NCBI GenBank assembly: GCA_964252035.1
Contig: OZ176203.1
DNA: 64,000 bases
From: Podarcis erhardii
Lineage: Eukaryota
Reading direction: 5' to 3' (one strand)
Shown here: positions 10,517 to 23,986 of the stretch, piece after piece
How positions within the stretch are numbered: the first letter of the stretch is position 1
Layout of the letters: each line of letters starts with the position of its first letter
Position numbers and translations under genes: made by a program
Notes under the pieces: model-generated
What the model was told of the DNA's origin: nothing
Seen by the model: the letters and a program-made list of their open reading frames with translations, nothing else
Databases searched by the model: none

Positions 10517-13500
10517 TTGCCAGCTACGTAGCATGCACTAAAATACATATTCAGAGGTAAAGTTATGCACATAAATGCATACGTCAGAGGAAATAACTTA
10601 CAAAAATGCATTAGATATGTTCTATTGGGCAAATACACGTACAAACATATTTCTGTTAGGAGCCATTCACACCTGAATGCTGATGAATTTTTATGAAGAG
10701 TGTTTCCATTGCAAACGAATACACAAGTGAAAAACTTAATTTACAAGTGGAAGAAGGAGATAATGAGGGAATCCAAAATTAACAAATTAACCAATTCTTA
10801 GTAAGCACATAAAAGGAGACCTGCTTGATCAGACCAAGGACTTCTATAATAAAGGCTCAGGAAGCAGATGAAGTAAAATAACTTTGCCTGAGACCAAGGA
10901 GAGCTGTTGCCAGTCAGAAATGTCCCCAATTTGCATTTTGTGTGTATGCTTAATTCTAATCTTATTTCAGTCGTATTGTCTGTCCTTCTGCCCATCCTTT
11001 TCTGTCTCTTTTGCATATGTCCCTTCTTTCTTTTTTAAAAAAAGTAGCTTGGCGATGTTCTGATGTTAACAGGCTCCACACTGTGCCTTTCTTCAGCTGC
11101 TAATTTCTTCCCCAAAAGATGCTCTGGAATGCTCAAGAGCAAACCAGGCCAGATTATTTTCTGCTTCGTTGATAATGCTCCTTTGTGCTGCACCTGTCAC
11201 AATTCTATCTGTCACCCAGTAGTTAAAAATCAACAGCAGCCAACCCAAAATCGCAATATACAGGCACAGCCAGCTGAACAGACTTTCAGCCGAATGAGAA
11301 CAATCCCCAGTCCCACCCGCCCCCCTCCACCCACTTCAGTTCCTTTTAATACTAAATTATGCCATCCCTAGCCAGATTAAGGCCACCCCATTGTGCCTTA
11401 GGCTGAAAACGGAGTCTAAAGAGCAACAGCAGGTGGAGGTGGAGTGCAAAAATCGTTACTACTGATGGCTGGCCACCTGTGCAGCTGGGCTGCTGGAGGA
11501 ATTTTAAAGATGAAAGGATTCTGGGAGGGAGGGAAGGAGAGAGAGAGAGAGAAAAATCTGGCTGTGAAAATGTGCAAGACTTGGACATGTTGAGGATTGA
11601 TTCCCCCCTAGTGTGTGTGCGACAATACAGTTAAGTGCTTCCTCTGATGTCTTCCATTAGCTTCAGGCTGCAATCCTAAGCATATTTACTTGGAGACAAA
11701 TCCCACAGAACTCAATGTGATGTATGTCTGAAGAAACGTGGTCAGGATCAGGCTATTAAAGAAATGGCAATCATGCATCTTTGGGACCGAGCTGCACCGA
11801 ATACAGCCGGACTTAATTCAGGCTGAACACACAAAGGACTGAGCTGTCCTTCTTGCTTGTTTCATTCATTTATTTATAAATCTCTATGCAGATTATAAAA
11901 CTTCACTCTGCCCTTCTGATGCATATGCATTATTCGAGGCAATTTACATAGGTTCGAATTGCAACCTCGCAACAGAACATCGACATCAATAAAATATAAC
12001 AAATAAAGTCATGAGATTTTTTTAAAAAATCAAATGTTATCTACACAGCAAGGATTTTTTAAAAATAATAATAATTATGGTAGGTGTTCTGAAGTTGGTT
12101 TCAGGACTTATTCCCACTGGCCCCATATTATTGACTGACTAAGCAAAACTTAAATAATAAAAAGATGGAGCCACACGTCTGATCAGTCTGAGGAACTTTT
12201 GAAACTTGGACTTCCTGACATTCTGCTGCAATCACTTCTCAGGAAATAACCTGAGCGGCTGTTGGGGATGCAATTACTGCAAGCGAAATACTTGTGACGA
12301 AAGGAATGCCTTGGGGATGTGTGACTTTGGGTGCAGGGCACTGGCAGCAAAAATGCTCCCCAGCTGCCAGAGCACAAGCGGATTGTCTCACAGTGTAACA
12401 GAGGACTGAAGTGTGTCATCTGTTCCTCCCTCCCTCCCTCCCTTCTCCCTCCCTCCCTCTGTGTGTGTTTCTGCACTAACACACAGCTGCACAGAGAAGA
12501 CAGCACAGCACTGACATACTGTGTAAGAAGTCAGAATTTAAACAAACAGCATCTTGCTTGCTTTTTTGTCAAAAAAAATTTTAATAACCACATTTGTCAA
12601 ATTTTGGCAATAGGACCCAGCTGTACAATAGAGATCTGGATTTCCCACAGTTGCAGTTTTGTTGGCGTAAAGGTTCGGTGATGCAGTGCGCAGCTGTTGC
12701 TCCTTGCATTTTGCAAATGGCAGCTTTCGTAACTGGCTAATTGGTGCACCAGGAAGAAGCCTAATCGAGTGGCATCACTTTCTCTGAGCTTGTGCCCCCC
12801 CCCCTTTGTTGCATCAAATGGTACATAGTGGCAAAATAATATTCCACAAGATGTGCCTTTGAGATACGTGACTTTCAACACGGGGGCACCGACAGTATTG
12901 CTTTACAGCTGCCAGAACACAAACAGGACTTCTCACAGTGTAGCAGAGGGCTGGAGTGTGCCGTATGTTCTGCGTGGCCAGGGCTGGCAGGGACCTTTCT
13001 GGGCAGCCAGCTTGGCATCAGCTCTGAATCAGAAGCAGAGTCATAGCACTTGGTAACAGAGGGCATCATGTTAACACATGCTGATGAGCAACCTCCTTCT
13101 ATGTGGGCCTTTGGCAGACACAGACACACACACACACCCACCCCCATGAAGAGCAGCAGAGAGAAATCTGCAACTCCACTGGTGTGGGGGGTGAACAGAT
13201 GGAATCAATACAGTCGCTGGGTGACTTGCACAGAATAGATGCTCTAATCCAATATATCTCGCCCCTGACAAAATCCTGTTCCAGAAAAAGAAGAAGGCCC
13301 TGCTGGCACAATTTGGTCTTCCTCTTGATTCACTTGATATCCAGTTATGGAAACCACTATTTACAATGAGAGGAGTGATAGCTACACAAGGCAGCATGTG
13401 CTCTCTGAGCCAAGGTCTCCCCCTAAGAGGCTATGGCCATATGAAATCTTCACCCGTTACGCACTGACAATTTGATAAGTAGAAAGCTAATGTGATTTTT

Positions 13501-13861
13501 AATCTGTATTTACTCTATTGTTATTTTAACTTTTGGAAGGTCTTAAATTATTGCTGTTACAATTTCTTATTGATAACTTTATTGCTTTTTTTGCAAACCA
13601 CTTTGAGGGTTTTATTTTTACAATCAGGTGGTATATAAATCTTAAGAAATAAATAAATTTATGAAATAGAAAGCAAGGATGCTCTTCCTTGTTTAAATCT
13701 ATGTAACCCTGCCCACTGTTCAACACACAAAATGCACATCTCAGGCCAACACCACTAAAGCTTTATAGTTTTTCATCTTGAAAAACTTTACTGATTTTTA
13801 TAATAATACAAAAATAATACAATAATACAAAAATGATGCAGGTGTGGATGGCAGGAAGGCA

Positions 13862-13862
<1 letters not shown>

Positions 13863-13905
<43 letters not shown>

Positions 13906-14047
13906 TTTATTTATACCCCGCCCATCTGGCTGGGTTTCCCCAGCCACTCTGGGTGGCTTCCAACAAAAGATTAAAAGGACATTAAAACATCAGTCATTAA
14001 AAACTTCCCTAAACAGGGCTGCCTTCAGATGTCTTCTAAATGTCTGA
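13863..14047 (-). mobile_element. L2 LINE 3' end with (ATT)n tail
   Basis: CCCGCCCATCTGGCTGGGTTTCCCCAGCCACTCTGGG motif beside an (AAT)n tract; similar ends at 24020-24090 and 39060-39200. Confidence 0.7.
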
Positions 14048-14075
14048 TGGTGTAGAAAAGGAAAAGGGGGAGAAC

Positions 14076-14078
<3 letters not shown>

Positions 14079-14121
<43 letters not shown>

Positions 14122-14124
14122 ATA
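14079..14124. repeat. (AAAT)n microsatellite
   Basis: Perfect tetranucleotide run. Confidence 0.97.
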
Positions 14125-17100
14125 GGTGCAATGCAGCTTTTGTAATGGAAGTCCAAATTAAGATAGAAAGTTTCTGTCTTAGGTTATTAGCAACATACCT
14201 TCCCTCCAGAACACATACCCAGACCACATCAGACTGAACCAGCAGAGGCCGATGGACTTTTGCTGCTGGCACCACTAACGCTTATGAGGCATCACCCCAA
14301 TCATGCATCAGATACACATGCCCAACTCCACTTCTCTTCTCACTGCTACCATCTTCTCCTTGGGCTGGAAGAACATCAGTGGGGAAAAGAACTTTGAATC
14401 CTAGCATAGCACTTTCAAAATCCTAATAGCCTAACACAAGAAAAAACTAATGGGATTAAAAAGAACATCATTGTCAGATCATGCTTTTCAGCTCATGGGT
14501 AAGTACAGAAGTCAACAGAGGTGGAGATGTCTCACATTGACATAGTTTCTAGTTTAGGACTCTGCCTGGAATTTTCAAGGTGACCTTCTGAATTCCTATT
14601 GGTTCATGCACATTTGTGTCATCCCATAGAATTCTGGCATGTGGATAGTGCTAATCCAGTCCTAAGTTTTCCATGAGCAGAGATAGAATCATGTTGACCT
14701 GTTCTTGCCATACATGACATCTCCCTAGGGGTCACATGCAGAAGTTGTCAGCAAGGCCATCATAGGACCTTATCATGACTGTGACACAAACTCCTCTACA
14801 GCCTCTCCAGTCTTCAGGAGCCAGGAAAGAATAACCTCTCTATTCTTAATCTGACGGAGTCATGAAAAAGCAAGGCAGGAAGGCCCAGCACTACAAATAA
14901 GGGCTTTTGGAAATAAGAGGAAACAAGTGGAACTTGCAGCAAAGTATTGCAGCATGGAGTGCTCTTGTTAGTTAGTTATGCCTCCTTCACCACCACCCAT
15001 CATTTTCCACTGCAGCCACCACACATGCTCAGCCATCAATGGATTCCCCACCTCAAGGTATTTCTTCTGCTAAATATATTTTGGCACTGCTGCTACCCTG
15101 AGGATTCCTCAAAGCCTTCCTTCCCCTTGTGTGGTGTTATTTTTTGCTAATAAGGAGCAGCACTCAAAGTCTGAGCATTGGCTACGTATGAGATGTAGCT
15201 GATTGAGATAGCCATGTTCATCTCAAACATATTTCAAGGTCGCAGGAGCAGATTAGAGATCTTCACCCCACTTTGCCCCAATTGAACCTAGTGCTGTTTC
15301 AGAAACCACCAGTTTCAGCAAACAGATGTGGTCAGCATATAAAACGCAGTTCTGCTCTTTCTTGGGGAACTTCCCAGCTGAAAAGCTAAGTTGGCATCAG
15401 TTCCGCTGGACCCAAAGCACAGCTTACTTCTGGTTGCCATCACTAAAAACAGTAGAAATGGGAAGCCTATAACAGCTTTGCAAGGACTGCAAATGAGCTG
15501 TTTTTCCCAAAATAGCAACACTGCCGTCCATGTGGCATCAGTCCAATTTACCGTACTGAAATCAGCTTGTATGGAGGAGAAAGCAAACATTTCTGCTGGC
15601 AAATAAGTTAGTTTCATTTTCTAAAAAGGAACAAGCCACCCTAACGTGTAACAAACATATGGAGAACTACAAGACACGTCCCCCTGCTGCCTGGAACCCA
15701 GGTCCACTTGATCTAAAGACCTCCTGTTTCATCCAAGATGCATAAGAGTTGGCAGCGGCTGCTCAGGAATAAGGAAAAGGTACACAGCTATTGAGAGGCA
15801 GTGCAAGCTACACTATGTGTTGAGTAAAAACAATCCAAGCTAACAGGAAATACAGGACTTCCAGGATGACTATGTTAAACCACCAGTGTTCTCTCTCACC
15901 CACCCTGCTTGGGATTCGAGCCCAACTGAGCTGCTGGATTCTAGATTCCAAAGCTTTCAGGTCAGGAGAAACCAAACTTACCGGCAACAGCACCCTGACT
16001 CTGTAGCAGGAACGGGGTACCATTGGTCCTCCAGCTGTTGCTCAACCACAATATTCATCATCCTTAACCACTGGCCATGCAGGAAGGAGATCATGCAAGT
16101 TGGGAGTGCAACAACATTGGAGACAAGGGCCTAATCCTATGCATGTTTACTCAGGAAAGTCCACTGAATTCAGATTCCCAAGTAAATGGGTGCAAGACTG
16201 CAGCCTCATCCTGCGCGTGTTTATTCAGAAGTGAGTCCCGCTGAATTCAGCCTGAAGCATTCATGAGTTCATCGCCAAGCAAGCCTGCCCAAGGGTTCGG
16301 CCTAAGACGGGCTTTCGCCACCCAGCTTCCCTAATAACGCCAAATGCTCAGTGCATTATTTTCTTCTCCCATTTGTCTAGGTAATCTGAGCTGGATGATC
16401 ACCTTATCCCACCAACATGTGCCCGCCTAGAATATTTCATTATTGCAGAGTGACAAAAATAGTTCTTAATTTTATTAATCATATGGATTGAATCCCTTCC
16501 CCTCAGACACAAGCACTGGGCATGAACTTAATCTGAAGTGACTGATTTAGCTTTAATGCTGCTTCTGTTTCCCACATTGATCCATCAGTGGAATAAATGA
16601 CATGGATAATTGCTTTTTTAGAGCAGGGTTTTCTGCTGCTATGGCTGAGCCCACTGTTAAGCTTGTGCTTTTCCAGAGCACTGTGTCTATTTGTTGGCTC
16701 AATAATGAGGAGGAGGGAAGACTCTGGTGAACCATTGTGCCATCTTACTGCTCTGTGGATGTGCAAAGCTATTTGCAAAGCCCGGATAGCAAATACAAAG
16801 TCATATACAGCTCTAGATGCAGCAGCAGTAATTACATCTATAGATCAAAGGCACAATAGGGCTCAGCTGTTTTATGGGCCTCGGCAATTACAAAATTGAC
16901 AACAGTAGCAAGCAATTGTAGAGCTGCCTCTATTGATGAAATTACATTAAATGACACTTCCATATGAAATCTCACACAGACGGGCCTTGCACCTTAGTCC
17001 CAGTTAAGAGAATTCCTACCAGACGCCGGAAGAAGTTTTATATAGCATCCCCAGATCTGCTATAGCAGCCTTTACGAGGGAGAACATTTCCCTGCATCAA

Positions 17101-17890
17101 CATCATAAAGGTGAATTTTCATGTTTCATCAACTAGACTCCGTTGGGCTCTCTCTCATTATGAAACTGGCCCCGGGTCGCCTTACACAAAAGATTCCCAC
17201 CGATTTCATCAAGTGCGAGCTCACAATGGCAGCCACTGGTAACAATTGGATGCAAGGCAGGGAAGCTGTTTCTCAAATGTTAAAAGTCTCCAGGGAGATA
17301 AACAGAAAAGGGCTCAAGACCTATGGAAAAAAGCTTGCCTGGCATTGAGCGAGCTCTAAAGCACCAAGTCAAACCTTTGCCACCAACTTATATTAGCAGT
17401 TTTCAAGGCCACTGAGGGCCCCCTCCATACCGGGCTTGTATTTTTTCCAGGGACGGAAGGTATTCTGCAACATGTCCTTGGTGCAGTTAGAGTGCCCCAG
17501 TGATGGATTTATTCTGGACCATCCACACATCCTTCTGCTTTGTTGGTTCTGCACTGATGCTTCCCCAACGTTATCTCTTTACTGCCATCTGGAGGGGCAC
17601 TCTTGCATTATAGCGCAACAAAAGAGGAATTGCAAATAAACTGGAACATTGTGGCATAAAAGGTTGCAGGATTTCAGCACCAGTTTACCAACTGAGGACA
17701 AAGCAGTAGGTCTACCCTGAAACATTTGCAGGCGCAGGCAGTAGCGAAAGTGGGATCATGTATAACCTTCCTGATACCATCATGAGCACATGTGTCATGA
17801 GTGCACAATGGAAAAGATATTTGAAAGGAGCTTTGCTATGTCAACTCCTGCAAAATGGGGACAATCATACTGACTGAGACAATAGATGTA

Positions 17891-18246
17891 CAGTGGTGCC
17901 CCGCAAGACGAACGCCTCGCAAGACAGAAAACCCGCTAGACGAAAGGGTTTTCCGTTTTAGAGGCGCTTCGCAAAACGAATTTCCCTATGGGCTTGCTTC
18001 GCAAGACAAAAATGTCTTGCGAGTTCCTGCGGGTTTTTTCCCCCTTTCCCCTCCTTTTTCTAAGCAGCTAAGCCGCTTATCAGCTGATCTGCTAAGCTGA
18101 TAAGCCGCTATAAGCCGCTAAAAGCCGCTAAACTGCTAATAGCGCTAATCCGCTAAGCTGTCAATGGGCTTGCTTCGCAAGACGAAAAAACCGCTATACG
18201 AAGAGACTCATGGAACGGATTAATTTCGTCTTGCGAGGCACCACTG
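17891..18246. mobile_element. Tc1/mariner MITE (second family)
   Basis: TIRs CAGTGGTGCC.CGCAAGACGAA / TTCGTCTTGCGAGGCACCACTG, TA TSD, internal TAAGCCGCT-like repeats at about 18060-18160. Confidence 0.88.
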
Positions 18247-20009
18247 TATAAAGCACTAGACATCTGCTAAATATTATTTTAAGTGGTCTGACTTTTCCAA
18301 CATTCAGAGTATATTATTGTTAAAAAGACAAGACTGTGATTTAGCCTGCTCAGCCTTAGCAGAGGAACATAACTGTGTCCTATAATACAGGAGATGGCTG
18401 AAAGAGAAGGGAATGGCTCCACCCACTGTCTGCACAGGACCTCCGAGGGAACACCCCAAGGTTATGTAGCCCTTGATAGGAAAAAAAGCCCCCACCCCTG
18501 GAGTATAAGATCAGAAGTCTGGAGCAGCCTTCCTGGCTGGCCTTTGATGCTCACATTTGACTCTTGCAACGTATCACAGGCTTGGATCTTTCACCGCTTC
18601 CTGCTTTGAAAAATGTAGGTAGGCAACATTTCATTGCTATCTTGCCATTTCTCCACTGCTTGCCCATGCAATTTGTTTAGTTAGCAAGATTTATATACAG
18701 CATAATCAACAAAAGGAAAACTTTGAGGTGTTTGCATAATATAAAATATCAATTTTAAAAATATCAACAAAAGCAAATGTTAAAAACAGTAGACATAGTG
18801 TTATCAAAGTATAGATTTAAAACCATGCCTAATCAGATTACAGCCCTGTGCACACCATACATTAAAAGCACATGACATCCCCCCAAAGAATTATGGGAAG
18901 TGTAGTTTACCTCTCACAGAGCTATGATTTCAAGCACCCTTAGCAAAATACTTCCCAGGGGAAGCTGTGTACTTTAAATGTATGATGTGTGCACAGCCAA
19001 AATATATGGGTAGTCTTGCCTAATCAAAAAGGGTTTTAGCTAGAGTCGAAACCAAAACAATGAATAATTTCATCACATTGTCTAACGAGTGTTATGCAAT
19101 GTTAAGCTAAGAAGTGGTGGTATGGTGCAAGTCGTTAAAAGCTATGCGTTCCAATAATTACCTCACATGCAAATCAGTTTGAGCTGTGCACTTGGGAGAA
19201 AACTGTGCCAATGTCACAAAGCTGGAGGTGCAGCTGTCAAGTACCACCATTCAAGTGCTTAAGATTTCCCTGAAGTGAAGCAACAGCTGTATGCTAGGAG
19301 GCCTATGCAGCTGTATAGCAGGACAGAAAAAAACCTATGACTTTAAAATTTTGATATTTTAATCTTCTGAAAGCTTATTTGTATAGTAACCTGGTGTTCG
19401 GGTTTGTTTTTTTTAATATAAGACTTGATATTTGCATTTTTGTAGGCTCAAAATGAGATACTTGCAAATGAAAAAAACTGTAGCTCTCCGTTCTGCTACT
19501 GCCATTCTGTTCTGAAATACAGCTGACTTTGGTTTTTAGTACATTTAGTTTTAGGAAGATAGGAAATGGCTTTGTTGAAATCAGGTCTGAATATACATCC
19601 ATCTAGCCAATTTCAGGGGTTCAGCCTGGGGGGGGGAGGGGGGCAGGACGACAGATGCATGCCCCACCCCAAACATCCCCACACATACGAGCTCAACTTC
19701 AGGCTTACCTGTGCTGGGCATGAAAGCATGAAGGGGCCTTGTAAGTAAGTTCAACTCAACCCCCTTAGAAGTATTCTCTCACAGGGTTCCCAGTTACAGG
19801 AAGAGTTCCAAGCATGAGCACACCTTTGGGCAATAATTGAAGATTCTGTCTTACTTGCCAATCCTAATCTGTGTGTGTTTGTTTTTTGCTTATGGCATCC
19901 AAAGTAGCCATAAGCCACCAGTCTCCATTCTCCAAATCTATACAGGGCAAATAGGCAGTTATTTCTATCTTTGCAAGAGCCGTTTTCTGTCGTGCACAGG
20001 GTGATAACA

Positions 20010-20395
20010 TTTGAGGGAGCTGGATACGTTTAGCCTAGAGAAGAAGAGACTACGAGGTGATGGAATAGCCACCCTCAAATATCTGAAGGGCTGTCAAATG
20101 GAAGGTGGAGCAAACTTGTTTCCTGCTGCTCCAGAGGGTAGGACCTGAACCAGTGGATTCAAGTTATAGGAAAGGAGATTCCGACTAAACATCAGGATGA
20201 ACTTTCTGACAGTAAGAGCTGTTAGACAGTGGAACAGACTCTCTTGGAAGGTGGTAGACTCTCCTTCACCAGAAGCTTTGAAGCAGAGGCTGGATGGCCA
20301 TCTGTCAAATATCTATAGCTGTGCTTCTTCCATTGCAGGAGGTGGGCCTTTGCAGTTCCTTCCAACACTACAGTTCTATGATCTATGATTCTATA
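20010..20395 (+). mobile_element. CR1 LINE 3' fragment (degenerate)
   Basis: Remnant LEKKRLRGD and [14 protein letters not shown]; TTCTATGATCTATGATTCTAT tail. Confidence 0.85.
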
Positions 20396-20674
20396 TGTGC
20401 TCAGTCTATTTAGACCCAAATAGGAGAGGCAAATGTCTCCCCTTCAGAGGTTCTGTGTTACATCTGCCAAGAGAGAGGTCCAAGAGTTAACACTGATTTT
20501 GTGAAGAAAAGTCAAGGCTCTCCAATCTACAGCAAAATGTTTGGCTGCTTTCAGAGCCTTGAGATAATCTCCCTCTGTAGCCAGTGTCCACTTGCTGATA
20601 AGCTAGGTCTCAGAAGCACAGACCTTCTCATATCCAAAACAAATTATTTGAAAACAGTGCAGATAGAAATGAAA

Positions 20675-20705
<31 letters not shown>

Positions 20706-21113
20706 AAAGAAATAATATTTCAAGAAGCCTTGTTTTCATGCTCTTTCATGCCGCACCTCATGAAGCAAATAAAAAATGCCGCACCTCATTGCATCTTCTC
20801 ATTTTATGAAAATCAAGTGGCGAAACAAGACGCCCAATACACGCATGCTCTATCTGGAAATGTAGTGATAGCGAAAGAAGGAAAAAAGCCTATCTAGTTC
20901 AGTCCTGCTGTCTGGAGGCCAGTCACACATCTTGGGGAAGCCACAAGTAGGAAATGCATCACAATAGGCTTTTCTTGTGGTTGCCTCCCAACATCAGGTA
21001 TCCAGGGGCATATTACCTCTGAACTTAGAGATACAATACAGAAGTAAAATAAAATTATATGGTTATGGACCCAGTAAGAGCTTGGAGACACCATATACCC
21101 ATCATGAGCTCCA

Positions 21114-21242
21114 GTTACAGGTAGGTAGCCGTGTTGGTCTGCCATAGTCAAAACAAAATAAAAAAATTCCTTCCAGTAGCACCTTAAAGACCAACTAAGT
21201 TAGTTCTTGGTATGAGCTTTCATGTGCATGCACACTTCTTCC
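21114..21242. mobile_element. Penelope-like element terminal fragment
   Basis: GTTACAGGTAGGTAGCCGTGTTGGTCTG...GTAGCACCTTAAAGACCAAC...GAGCTTTCATGTGCATGCACACTTCTT resembles lizard Penelope termini (recalled, not searched). Confidence 0.55.
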
Positions 21243-21801
21243 ATCATGAACTGACAGCCTTATTCTTGTCAGATTCTGTTTCAGAGCTATGCAGGTCGGT
21301 GTCTGTCACCTTATTCTGTGGTAGCAAATTCCAGTTTGCTTGTTTATTTAATGGAGACGTATTTCCTTTGATCTAGTCTGAAACTTCAACCACTCAGCCA
21401 CACTGGGTGACCCCGAGTTCTGCTATCACAACAAATGGGGGAAAACCTCTTTAAAGTCAGCAGGGAACATTGTACATTTTTGTGTCATCATCAACACATA
21501 CAATCGGTGGAGCTGCTTGTTTGTGGCCAAGGCTGTCAAGTGCTTGTCCTTGTAGCCACACTGATGGGAATATTGCATTTCTTCATAGCCAGTGCTCATA
21601 ACCTTCTACAGCGCAGGTGGAGAGCTGTTTCTTTGGCTAAGAGTGTTGCCTCTGTGCTGTGCACAGACTCCAAGAACAGAGGTTGCCGGCTGTGGGACGG
21701 TACCAAGACCAGGGAAAAGCAGGGGGAACTATGTCTATGCAAGTCGTAGGAACATATGAAGCTGGCTTCTACCAAGTCAGTTCTCTGGGGTCTATCTACC
21801 T

Positions 21802-21929
21802 CGGTGTTTTCCAACCTTGGGTGCCCAGATGTACCTAAACTACAACTCCCATCATCCCTGGCAATTGGGTAAGCTCACTGGGGATGATGGCAATTACAAT
21901 ATCTGGGGATCCAAGATTAAAGAACACTG
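21802..21929. mobile_element. hAT-like palindromic MITE (old)
   Basis: C(G/A)GTG...CACTG ends and ACTACAACTCCCATCATCCC core shared with 30583 and 33863. Confidence 0.65.
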
Positions 21930-23454
21930 ATTCTTGCTCAGCAAAATTTTAGTAGTATTAGTAGTAATAAGTTACTACTTGTATTCCACCCATTGCCCCA
22001 ATTACTCTTGAAGGCTTCCAACAACAATAATAATTAAAAACACAGCAAGACATTTATCATTAAAAGCTTCCCAATACTCGCAAGGGCTGGCAGCAGCTCT
22101 CCTGCAGATGCAATTCATTGAGTCTGCGGCCTTCTGCATGCAAGGCAGATGCTCCACCACTGAGCTGCAGCCCTTCGTCAAGTCATACTTGGGCTCGGTA
22201 AGCCACACAAACGCCAGTGATGTTAGATCAAAGTTACACAATAGCCTAGGGCTCAAGAAATGCAATGTGCTGGATGAGAAACAGAAAGCTGTAGCCATTT
22301 GTCACCGAAAGGCTCCAGCAAGAAAAGATCCAAGTCATTTAAGGACAGATACATTCATGAAAAAATGGGAGTATAAGAAACCAAAGATTCATTAATGCCC
22401 AGTTTACTCTTAGCCAGATCACATCATTAGATGTTAAGAGTCAAGCAGACCTGGAATCCTCTACCTCTGCAGCTGAATTTACATCTCCAGCACAGAATGG
22501 GGAAAAGCCCAAGTGTCATGTTTGCTTATGAAAGACAACCATTATCATGTATATTTCAGATTATTTATGATGTACTTCACTTTGCACTTACATTAAGGCT
22601 CAAGTGTGTGCACACATACGTTTTAATCTTCAATTTAGAACCCCAAGTGTGATTTGCGCTATATATATATATTTGCCCACACAAGCTGTCCAAAATTATA
22701 CAAATGCACACTCAGACGGACTGACATAATGGATTAACTGGGGGCCAAATGAGACACAGCAGACTTATTAGGGTTTTTCTGTTTGTTTGTTTTACCAATT
22801 AGAATCTACAGGCTTTGAAAAACTGTGAAGAGGCGCTCTGGGAGAAAGTGTTGAATCCTTTCCCTGGTGTAAATCTCCCACCGCCAGCTGCTACTAGCCC
22901 GACTGGGATGGATGAGAGAGACCAGAAAGAGCATATTTGTCTTCACTTCCCTTCCCCTCCTCTCCTTTCCCCAGAGGAGAGAACATGGAAAATCTGGATC
23001 ACAGATTTGGGCCGGCTGTGCGCAATCCACTCTTATAGTATGCAGCAATTCTGGTGATTTAGTCTGCTAAAGAATCTGCGGCTGCTTTTAACATAACCTT
23101 TTATGGACTTGTAAGCATAGCCTTGCAAAATACACAATGAATTGAACTGATCTGGTTAAGAAGGCACCTAATCATCCATGCAACACATGCTTACAGGTTT
23201 TCTGCTCAAAATTCATTTTTTCTATATAGGGTGAGATTTGGTATTCAGAATACCTAAGCAATCACTAACAATATATAAGAATAAGAAGAATCATCATCAT
23301 CTAGTACTGGTGATTAAGGAGAATGGCTGGAAACAGGTGCACAGCTGGTCTTAGAGCATCCAGTGACTGCTAGGAAGTTAGTCAGTTTGTCATGGGGTAG
23401 AAATCACCAGAGTCCCATCAGCAGCTACTATTTCCCCCTAAGACTTGCCATTTA

Positions 23455-23986
23455 CCGTAATTTTCGCTCTATAGGACGCACCCGACTATAGGACGCACCT
23501 TGTTTTAGAGGGGGAGAACAAGGCAAAAAAAATATCTCCCCCTCTCTGCTCAGCGCCCCTTCAGTGAAGTGGCAGGAGAAACGGAGCCCCTTCCATTTCT
23601 CCTCCCACTTGGCTGAAGGGGCGCTGCGCAGCTCTCCCTCTCTGCTGAAGCCCGGAGAGTCTTGCTCTCTCGGCTTCAGCTAAAGGAATCCGAAGCCTTT
23701 GGAGCACAGCGGGAACTTCCGCTATGCTCCAAAGGCTTCAGGCGGCTATCCCTGAAGCCTGGAGAGCGAGAGGGGTCAGTGCGCACCGACCCCTCTCGCT
23801 CTCCAGGCTTCAGCGAAAGCAACACGAAGCCTCCAGAGTGCGGAGGGAGCGCTCCCTCTGCGCTTTGGAGGCTTCGCGTTGCTATCGCTGAAGCCAAGGA
23901 GCCTGCATTCGCTCCATAAGACGCACACACATTTCCCCTTCATTTTTGGAGGGGGAAAAGTGCGTCCTATAGAGCGAAAAATATGG
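23455..23986. mobile_element. Tc2/pogo-like non-autonomous DNA transposon with internal hairpin array
   Basis: TIRs CCGTAATTTTCGCTCTATAGGACGCAC / GTGCGTCCTATAGAGCGAAAAATATGG, TA TSD. Confidence 0.88.

Noticed and set aside
12183-13397. Cys-rich minus-strand peptides (CSNCIPNSRSGYFLRSDCS; CKSPSDCIDSIC) suggestive of TNFR or knottin domains
   Set aside because: Cysteine spacing does not complete a known domain and I could not build a consistent exon chain.
13844-14047. Poly-Ile ORF
   Set aside because: It is a translation of the (AAT)n microsatellite at an L2 tail.
23455-23986. Repeated palindromes as a CRISPR-like array
   Set aside because: The DNA is eukaryotic, the repeats are inverted and of unequal length, there are no unique spacers or cas genes, and the region is bounded by transposon TIRs.
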